A DNA stretch of 64,000 bases. Origin: Phoronis australis (lineage: Eukaryota > Animalia > Phoronida). Positions 50,644 to 59,495 of this stretch are shown here, piece by piece. The notes below the pieces were generated by a model. The model was not told where the DNA came from, ran no database searches, and was given only the letters and a program-made list of their open reading frames with translations. The stretch lies in contig NMRA01000786.1 in NCBI GenBank assembly GCA_002633005.1, positions 18,981-82,980 of the forward strand. The letters are read 5' to 3'. Made by a program: the position numbers and the translations under genes. Position 1 is the stretch's first letter, and each line of letters begins with the position of its first letter.

Positions 50644-51912
50644 ATGAGTCGGCTGAATGTTTTTTCGGCGTTTAATCAAGGCGAATCTAAAGCGTTTTTC
50701 ACCGAATTCAAACAAACCATCAAATTCGATCGTTCAACAATCGCCTTCCGGCTCGCCCTTGAGGGGATTTATTACATCGGAGATCGCGTGATTAAATCCC
50801 AAAGTTTTAAACAGGAAACAATGAAGAGAATTGACACTGTGTTTCAATATCTACGTCAGCAGGACCGTCATAGAAAACAAAGGCCGGAAGAAAACAGATT
50901 GGCAGACGCTTTTGCGCAATTTGTAAACCTAAAGCGTATAAGCAGGAATGAGTTATCTCAATATTTTGAAAACGATGAAGAGAAACGAAATGCCATGTTT
51001 GACAGCCTTGTTCAGGCCGGCAAGCAGCAGGATCTGCTAATTACTGTACTGGCACTTCAAGCGCTTCACTGCATGGAGAACGATTCCGATTTACATGAAG
51101 GTCAGTGGAATTTAGGTCTAAATGACTGTGAGTGGACTGAAAGTTTTCGAGAGTGTCTTAGAGAATGGCGCAAAGAATCGCAGTGCTTATATTACAAAAG
51201 CGACGCTCTAAAGTACCTCATTCGAAGTGTGTTAGAAGCTCTGGAAATATTCAAGCATCTGAAAGTACCGCTATTTATTGACAATTACGGTCACAAGGAA
51301 ACAAAGTTGAGCACAGAAATTGATGGTGATACTCCAATATACCATGATACACACAAAGCGGAGGCTGATCAGATAGTGGAAGATGGAAAACTTAAGCCTA
51401 GTGACAACAAGAACATTATCCCAGGGGTATGGTTTGGGCTTTACAGTAATGAGAGTGCCTATGGCTCACACAGGTTTGAAACCACGCTCTCTAGACTAGG
51501 TGTAACCGGACTTCGACAAGGTGAGATTGTCGCGTATAAGAATGAGATTAATGTGATCCTTTACGCTCATAAAGACCCTGGAGGAGACTTTTCGGGGTTA
51601 AAGTGGCCAACTGATGCCCACGTCAAAACAAGAAACCCAAACGCATATGTTCATATATCAATATTTGTACCGGAAAACGTTTTACCCAATGACAACTGGG
51701 ATAATGTTCTGACAGACCCTTTCGAAGTCCAGCACGGGCCAATCTGTGTAAGACAGAAGCGAACAGGTAAATGTCCAGATAAGCCAGAGCAAAGAACAAA
51801 AACAGGGATCTGTGACCGTTACAACAACACAGGGGAATGCAATCCTAATTGCGTTTACCGTCACGTGTGCGAACATTGCGGACGTGAACACCCCAGACAA
51901 TTATGTCCATAG
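50644..51912 (+). CDS. Uncharacterised 422-aa protein: helical death-fold/CARD-like N-terminus, ADP-ribosyltransferase-like (PARP/PHYHIP-C-like) core, CCCH plus zinc-knuckle C-terminus
   Basis: Uninterrupted 1269-bp ORF in stop-rich DNA. Motifs: IYHDTH, IVEDGKL, PGVWFG, SAYGSHRF, YKNEINVILY, and terminal C-x8-C-x3-C-x3-H then C-x2-C-x3-H-x4-C. The ORF is well supported; the domain labels are inference. Confidence 0.85.
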   Translation: MSRLNVFSAFNQGESKAFFTEFKQTIKFDRSTIAFRLALEGIYYIGDRVIKSQSFKQETMKRIDTVFQYLRQQDRHRKQRPEENRLADAFAQFVNLKRISRNELSQYFENDEEKRNAMFDSLVQAGKQQDLLITVLALQALHCMENDSDLHEGQWNLGLNDCEWTESFRECLREWRKESQCLYYKSDALKYLIRSVLEALEIFKHLKVPLFIDNYGHKETKLSTEIDGDTPIYHDTHKAEADQIVEDGKLKPSDNKNIIPGVWFGLYSNESAYGSHRFETTLSRLGVTGLRQGEIVAYKNEINVILYAHKDPGGDFSGLKWPTDAHVKTRNPNAYVHISIFVPENVLPNDNWDNVLTDPFEVQHGPICVRQKRTGKCPDKPEQRTKTGICDRYNNTGECNPNCVYRHVCEHCGREHPRQLCP

Positions 51913-52305
51913 GAACGAAGAAACACATTAATCACAGTTCTGTAGCCGAGAGGCCCTGGGATGAATCAAAGTCACAGGAAAGAAAAACGAAAAAGGTTGT
52001 GAGTATGCACATGTTGATCTGTCCACTGGACTACACCTAAGAGTGAACCGATCGAGTGTTCATCGCAAGAGACAGGAATACTTCTTGAAAAGGCCGTGTT
52101 CAAAGCTTCAAGCAGAATTTCTGTCATCTGTCGCATTTTAGTAGGCAATTAAGGTGTGCGTCTTTGGTATTCATCCCCTAGGCAGTACAAATTTCTTTCC
52201 AGAACATTTGACCCTGCCGTAACACAAAGTACGGTATTCTTCAGTTTAAAGTGAAAACTAAGAATGCATTTAAAATATTGTAAAGTACACAAAGTATATA
52301 GATGT

Positions 52306-52414
52306 CAGTGGCGGATTTAGAGGGGGCCAGCTTCCATTTGGCAGTTCGGGGGAAATTCTGGCTAATACTCTATTTGAAGTGCCCCACCAACTCAAAATCC
52401 TGGATCCGCCCCTG
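52306..52414. mobile_element. 109-bp MITE with 5-bp TSD
   Basis: TIRs cagtggcggat and atccgcccctg. GATGT at 52301-52305 and 52415-52419. Confidence 0.85.
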
Positions 52415-52474
52415 GATGTATTTACAAAAGTTGCATCATAAATGTACATGTACATACTGTGGTAGAAAGCCAGC

Positions 52475-52830
52475 TAGCTGTATGAAGACTTTCGTCAACA
52501 TACAGCTAGGTAGCCGTGTGTAGAGCTCCGTTAGACACCGAAATTTCACACAACCTGGGTGCTCAGCTCGTCACTTCGTCGTGAAACTTAGAGCTAACAA
52601 CCTGCTTTAGTGCAGGGGTGTATGCAGAATCTGGGATTGTATTGACATTCACAATGCACATTACAGCCGTTTGTAGAAGCAAAAAAAATCTAACATACGT
52701 TATTCTTCGCAATTCTCCGCCTTTTGTAACAAAGGAAAATCCTATCTGCCGTCGTTTCGAAAACTGTGCAATCTCGTGACACGCGCACGTACTCGCCATT
52801 TCCCAAAGCTTTGCGATATCTCTCGAGAGT
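52475..52830 (+). repeat. Dispersed repeat, copy 2 (paralogue at 23420-23790)
   Basis: Same collinear blocks as 23420-23790. Confidence 0.75.
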
Positions 52831-53179
52831 ATTATCTGAAATTGTACCATTTTACTGCATATCGAGTGAAAATAAAAATACTATAACTTATAACTTTAGA
52901 AGGTTTTCCCCGCCCATGACGATAGCGCCTCATTAAGAAACAGAGCAGTTCAGCAGTAGTTGGACAATATTTCCTTGTTTCAACCGATGAAACCGTCCGC
53001 CTTTGATCTCACGACAGTTGATACCTTGTTAACATTTATTCAGCGAGGAAAAAAGACTTAGCGTAGCGGTTAACAAAAGAAAGATTCATATTTCTAAAAC
53101 CGGGCGGTGTCGTCTGGAATGCGGACTAAGTGTTATTTAATTGTAATGTTCACATTCAGAGATGCGTGCAGTCTCGATG

Positions 53180-53590
53180 TCATACCTTCAGGGGTACTAT
53201 ACGGAAGCACACGCACGATCATCGCTCTTCGGCACGAACCACCTGTGAAGCTATGAATCATGCATACGAACACAAAAATCACACAAAAGGAACAAAAATC
53301 ATGCACGCGAACCATGAAATCCTGCATACGAACAAAAAATCATACACACGAGTATCGAATCATCGCACGAACACTGGTTTGGTGGTTCGTACGTATGATT
53401 CGTATTTGCTCGTGGGTATGATTTATGTTCTTGTGTGTATGTAATTTTTGTGGTTCTTGCTCATGATTTTTGTTCTTATGCGTGATTTTTGGGTTAGTAT
53501 GCATGATTCACGAGTTCGTAAATGCATGATTTACAGGTTGACGCGTGATACGCAATGCTCGTGCTTACGATTCTATATGCCACCCATGAG
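53180..53590. mobile_element. Foldback-like palindrome built from about 20-bp sub-repeats
   Basis: aatcatgca(t/c)(a/g)cgaac repeats to the left of about 53378 and their reverse complements (gttcgta..catgatt) to the right. Confidence 0.75.
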
Positions 53591-54384
53591 CTTGTTTATC
53601 TAGTATTTAGAGTTCTTATCACTGGTCATGTTAGGCCATATTTAGTTTTTGTTAAGGGTATGGACAAGTAGTTGATTGTGTTTACGAATTGTGCGGTGAA
53701 ATAAGCAAATGTTATTTTTGAGCCTCATGAGTGAAACCCTTATATTATATAGCCCCGCCCCGAAGAGGGGGGCTACCTCATGGGCGGCACGCCTGATGAT
53801 CACCAAGAGCGTCGCTCTTTGTGATACTTGCATATTTTCTATGTTCTGCCTTGTGTTCTATTTACGTTTATGGGATTTTATTTATAAAAAACTATAAAAA
53901 ATATTCCTATTGTTCAGAACTTCAATTGTTGTCGTTATTGCTAGAAACCTGTGAGTTAGACTGAACTGAACCACGCGGATTGGTCTTCGATTGTTTCTGT
54001 ATTATTATGTAACCATTTTCTCAGAGAGATCGAATTGGTTTTGAGAGGTCGGCCAATCAGTTGGAAGATTTGTAGGTCATTACTTTGCAGTTGAAGGTTT
54101 GACTTGGGATGTAGTCATTGTTTGTTCTTCAGCGGTCGATGAAGGAAGTGGGTGTCTCAGCGTCAGGCTTTAGCTTCAGTGCATTGGTCACTCAATTCAC
54201 ATGGAAGTGCTATAGTGTCATTGTTTTGTGTTATAAAATATCATTAATTTGGTATGCATGTTTATTGAGATAATACATAGTAAGAGGTAATTAGCGTAAG
54301 ATTGTAAACTATAATAGTGTGTGGTAATGATTGTAATGTTTTGTTTGTGTATGGAAATGTGGATGCATCTTTCTGCTGCATCTG

Positions 54385-55022
54385 TGGCAGATTGTCACCC
54401 ACCTTTACAGTTCAACATATTATGTAACTTTTGTAATTACCGATATCTGTAGTAGTTTAGTTTGTCATAATATATATGACCTTTTATCTCATCTACACGT
54501 GTTGTTACACTGTAAACTACATTCGGTATCGCTTCGCAGTTAGCGCATATAAAAATTATTTAAGTATTAAATTATTTTATGTAAGCTAGCTATACTGCTT
54601 CGTCCTCATTATCATATTGTTTAGATTCTCGGGTCAGTGACCCTCTTTGTTCTACGATTATTGGTTTAATTGTACCACGTGATCTCTTTGTCTCGTCGCA
54701 ACACTGGGCCATCGTCCACAATTCTCTCCAAATTTCAGTTTTCACTCAATTTCTCTTTCCCTCCCTCCCGCAAAACCGTTTTCCTTACTTCCCTGTTTAT
54801 CCTTACCTTCCCCATGTCGCTGTCCCGGTGTTGCTGTTTTGCTTCCGCATATTATTACTTAACTTTCTATTCAACACTTATGTATACCTTCATTGTTGCT
54901 TGGCAGATTGTCACCCACCTTTACAGTTCAACATATTATGTAACTTTTGTAATTACCGATATCTGTAGTAGTTTAGTTTGTCATAATATATATGACCTTT
55001 TATCTCATCTACACGTGTTGTT
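54385..55022. repeat. Identical 122-bp direct repeat with 516-bp period, running into the gap
   Basis: 54385-54506 is identical to 54901-55022. Confidence 0.9.
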
Positions 55023-55460
55023 NNNNNNNNNNNNNNNNNNNNNNNNNNNNNNNNNNNNNNNNNNNNNNNNNNNNNNNNNNNNNNNNNNNNNNNNNNNNNN
55101 NNNNNNNNNNNNNNNNNNNNNNNNNNNNNNNNNNNNNNNNNNNNNNNNNNNNNNNNNNNNNNNNNNNNNNNNNNNNNNNNNNNNNNNNNNNNNNNNNNNN
55201 NNNNNNNNNNNNNNNNNNNNNNNNNNNNNNNNNNNNNNNNNNNNNNNNNNNNNNNNNNNNNNNNNNNNNNNNNNNNNNNNNNNNNNNNNNNNNNNNNNNN
55301 NNNNNNNNNNNNNNNNNNNNNNNNNNNNNNNNNNNNNNNNNNNNNNNNNNNNNNNNNNNNNNNNNNNNNNNNNNNNNNNNNNNNNNNNNNNNNNNNNNNN
55401 NNNNNNNNNNNNNNNNNNNNNNNNNNNNNNNNNNNNNNNNNNNNNNNNNNNNNNNNNNNN
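55023..55460. other. Assembly gap (438 N)
   Basis: Run of N. Confidence 1.
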
Positions 55461-56332
55461 GATTTGGGGTGTAAGGGTGCGAAGTGGGTCATTTTGACCT
55501 TAAAAACACCAATTATGATTAGTTAAATAATTTCTCTTAAAAATAATGCAGAAGCTTTTTACGGTATTGGAAACTTTCGGAAATTAGTGCCAATATTTAT
55601 TTGCCGATGCTATTTTACCCGATTAATCTTCGATGACAGTCGGTACATTATGCAGCGCGCGCTTCTTGGTCGCGTGCTAACACTGGTCGAGTTTTTTTAT
55701 TAGTCTTCGATTCACGTAGTGGGGCACATCCCTCGCAAGAGCAGCAAAACTTCTGCGTTCTTTTTGAATCGCGGCGTAAGTTTGAAGTGTATACGGACAT
55801 AACGGTGAGGCTCGTGGTCCGTTACAAATTCAGGCTGTCGGATCTTTCAATTGGTAAATTGGAGACGTTAGAACTGTAGGTAAGGGCATTTTTCGCATGT
55901 AGTTCATGGGCTGGGCGCTTACTTTAGGAAAGTCTGAAAACGCGTTGGGGCACTTGTTGAGCCATGGGCGCTAATTAGGTCGAATAGCGGCAGAATTACA
56001 TACAGCAGCGTAGTTTAATGCACCCAAATTACACGTCGTGCAAACCAGTCGGCCATCCCGTTTACCATCAACAATCCCAGTAGCCTTTGCGCACCCTAAT
56101 TTCCGGACATGCGCAATCGTTAAATCGATTCGGTTGCAACTCCGCTATTGCAATAAAGCGTTACTGCCAACTTCGATTGTTTTTGCCTCGCCCTAATCCG
56201 GTTACAAATAATATAGAGAACGCCGCTTAACAACCACCATGAGCGGGGCCCGCTAAATTGATGTAGGGACGCCGCCTGAAGAGGGTCTTCGCCCGAAGTC
56301 CTATAGGGTGATCAGAAGGCCACTCACTCCAT

Positions 56333-56500
56333 GGGGGCCCCGGCTGAAGGCGATCAAAAAGCTGGGCCCCTGTATCACTATTAGGGACCTGGCATCTGCG
56401 GGCGGCCTAAGAGTGTGGCTCCGCTTTTGGTAGCCTTTGTTGGGACCTCGTATAGTAATATTGCAGGCCCCGCTTTTTGACCGCCTTCAGGAGGGGCCCC
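56333..56500. repeat. GC-rich inverted repeat with about 50-bp arms
   Basis: Left arm ggggccccggctgaaggcgatcaaaaagctgggcccctgtatcactat; reverse complement of right arm ggggcccctcctgaaggcggtcaaaaagcggggcctgcaatattactat. Confidence 0.8.
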
Positions 56501-56906
56501 GCCGATATTAATACAGAAGCCGCACTTTTGAATCTCGAATATGGATCTCTTGCTTATGTTATTTCATTAAAAATAAATCATTTAAAATCATAAGCTGATC
56601 ATTCAGTATCGTGGACATTTTTGCTTTCACCTGAGGAGTCATCTTGGACTTGTAGAGAACTCAGCTTATTATTACATCAACTCTTTCACGTGATAGATGC
56701 CTATTCAATTGACTTGTGGGGTGGCTCGCGTGGATTGTGTATCAGTTTGAAATGTCAAAGTTGCAAGGTATGTCGCATGTCACTCATATTACCTGGCTTT
56801 ATTCCTTCTTTGCATTTTTATCCGATGTTGAAGTTTTTATAATGCATTTAGGACAATGCCCAAACAGTAACTTATGAGTCTCACAGAGTGCGTGTTTATT
56901 CAATCA

Positions 56907-57719
56907 CTGTCATTGTCATTGTCTCAGGGACAGACATCACAGCACATTGGACAGGTCCACAAGTGCTCAGTCCTTCTCTGCAGCAGCCAAGAAAGAGTCA
57001 CACTGCTGATGGTTCCCATGTTGAGCTGGTTAATCGGGTATCTACTTTCTCCACGTAAGGTGGTTCTGATGCCGCTTCCTCTGACAACATGAAGCTCAGT
57101 CAGTCTTTCCAGGGTGGTGCTTTCTGAGGGAGCCTCCATCTCCTGGTCTTTCAGTGCCATCAAAACATCCTTCTCGCTCCAAGTAACATCTTCCTAAAGT
57201 TCTGCCTTTCCTGCCAGGTCATCTGCTCTTTCATTAGACCCGTCACTCCAGAATGTCCAGGGGCAAACAGCCACACCAGATGTTTCAGCCTGCTTCCTTC
57301 TATTGCTTCCTTCCATTCTGGTTTAATGAAGCCACTCTTGATTTTGCTTAGCATGCTCTGCAAGTCCGTAGCAATCACTGTCCCTGTGTAGCTGGTGGTT
57401 CGGAGTCATCCGAGAGCTGCTGTGGCTGCCTCCTCTTCCATCCGCATGCTGCTGGCTGTCATCAAGTATGCAACACTTTGCTCTGCAACACATCGACCTC
57501 TCACGCGTACTGTGAATACCCAGCCTGATTTGACACCCCTGACGCCTGACCCACCTGTGAAGATAATGGCATCCGATAGTTTGCTGTTCTCTTCAATAAG
57601 TGCACAGACCTCAGTGTTCACAACTATTCCACTGCGTTCTCGGTATCCCCGCCAGTGTGATGACAACCTTTGTGCAATTAACCAATGTGTCCCTCATATC
57701 AACTTTTTGTCTCTCCTTA
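56907..57719 (-). mobile_element. 5'-truncated non-LTR retrotransposon 3' end with decayed RNase H
   Basis: Frameshifted ORFs give IFTGGS(G)..SGW, SSMRMEEEAATAAL, IATDLQSML and VWLFAPGHSGVTG (RNase H motifs), then ..WTCPMCCDVCP* and a short (GACAAT)n tail. Candidate 12-bp TSD tttattc(a/g)atca at 56895-56906 and 57720-57731. Confidence 0.85.
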
Positions 57720-58465
57720 TTTATTCGATCAGACATCTGTGAATGAAGCTCGCCGTGCATCGTAGTGGTGCAAACTACGACTGGGCTCAAAGACTTGCTA
57801 TCGTACGTACATTAGCTAGTTGCTGCGTGCAACAGTTAATTTGGGTCCCAAGACCCATTTTGATATTGAATTTGGCTCTATTCATTGATAAAAAACACAG
57901 TGTACAGCCGATAATTTCTTAATGTACCATACGCTCACGCTTGTAAGGGAATCCTGCCATATTGACTTAGCATTCGGTTACCGTCTTGTGGGCGTGGCCT
58001 GACTGTTTAGACAGAACTACCCGTTGTTTCTCCATTAAACCGCCTTCACAGGTAAGTTTGTGTGTCATTTCCTCGACACAATTTCGAGCCGCGAAAGCAC
58101 ATTGCATCAAAAATTAACGTAACTAAATCTGACTGCTGCTAAGACCTTTATTGTTAAAAGTCCACGGCCACGTACCTGGTGGCCATCCAGCTAGAGTGAA
58201 GGAGTGTAACTAGGCGGGCCTCTGAAAGCAGAACTAATTTGCCATTGTCTAAATAATAAATCCCATAGCCTGTTATCTGGATTATTCAACCAGCATTTAT
58301 GTTATTGAAAGATTTGGAGTTGATCATTTGATGCACACCGGGCTTCGTTGTGTTCTTGGGGTTTTTGTTTGTCCTTCAGGGGGTCTGAAACACTGGCTAC
58401 AAAACGCCGCATAGTGCACTGAACAGTTTGTACTCTATCGCCCCATCAAGTTACTTCGCTTATAA

Positions 58466-58607
58466 CATGGGCGGCGCAGCACTGAAAAAGTGGGGGGCTA
58501 AAGCCCCCTCAGTCCCCCTGTGGTGAACCGCCTAAAGACCATGCGTGGCGTAGCAATGAAAAAAGTGGGGCTATAGCCCCTCCAGCCCCCTATGGTGCAC
58601 GCCCATG
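58466..58607. mobile_element. 142-bp MITE with internal dimer and 5-bp TSD
   Basis: TIRs catgggcg and cgcccatg. TATAA at 58461-58465 and 58608-58612. Two internal copies of gc..tgaaaaagtgggg..cta.agcccc. Confidence 0.8.
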
Positions 58608-59199
58608 TATAAGTGCCAACATGATACCGTGGTGAATCTATGGAAAGCAAGTTATTAACACTAATTCTAAAGCATTAGCTGCGCTACAAAACTGGTGGCA
58701 ACTTGGCGCCTGGCATGAAACTTAGTCCCAATGGGCGACTGAGTGACCGCAAAAGTATATCCCTAGGCAGCCAATTGTTCCTACACGTGCTTGTTCTTGT
58801 GGGTCGGTTGCAAGGGTTTGCAAGCAATATACATGTACCACATATTCACCTGGATCATCAGTGTAATAAACATTTTCTAACTGTCCCATATACTGTCCAC
58901 ACGTGTCCTTCACAGAAATTGTCGGCCCCAAATTAGAAAAATCTGCCGTTCAACTCTGATATTTAAAAATCTAAAAAGAACAATCTAGTTTTAAATGAAG
59001 TTAACTCGTGTTCCTTGGACCCAAATGGTAGGGCAAATTAGTTCAACCCAACAGTCCCACTCAGTGAGACACCTAACCAACTAGCGGTTTGCTGCATTCA
59101 ACTTCCATGTTCAAATGCATTGGCGCAACTGGACCTTTGCAACATCGGACGGGTAGCGACATCTATTTTAGTTATTGTTGTCACCCATCGCAAGCCAAG

Positions 59200-59495
59200 A
59201 TGGAAATGGCGTCTGCTGGTACAGTAGACACGGGTAATCTGGAGGAAATTCCCGACGACTTTTCAGTCAGCCATCTTCTGAAAGAAGATATCTTAGGGAA
59301 AGAATCAAGAAGAGGGTCTTAACTTATTGTCTGCAAGGTTACATCCACGCCATAAGAATTGATAATGGTAAAAATACAGTAAATGTATAGGTCATAAGTG
59401 CTGGCGATCGATGCCCAAATCAGAGAAGATTCAGACTTGTTCATGTACGCATGCAAAGTGCTGGGAGAGATTTTAAATTTCGTGCTGGGTAAGTG
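59200..59495 (+). pseudogene. Possible decayed SWIM-zinc-finger transposon ORF exon
   Basis: MASAG.., then in shifted frames YCLQGYIHAI and IQTCSCT..AG|GTAAG, resembling the GYIH and CSCxAG motifs of SWIM-domain transposon ORFs. Heavily disrupted. Confidence 0.3.

Noticed and set aside
54670-55497. Three long ORFs spanning the gap
   Set aside because: Artefacts of the N run.
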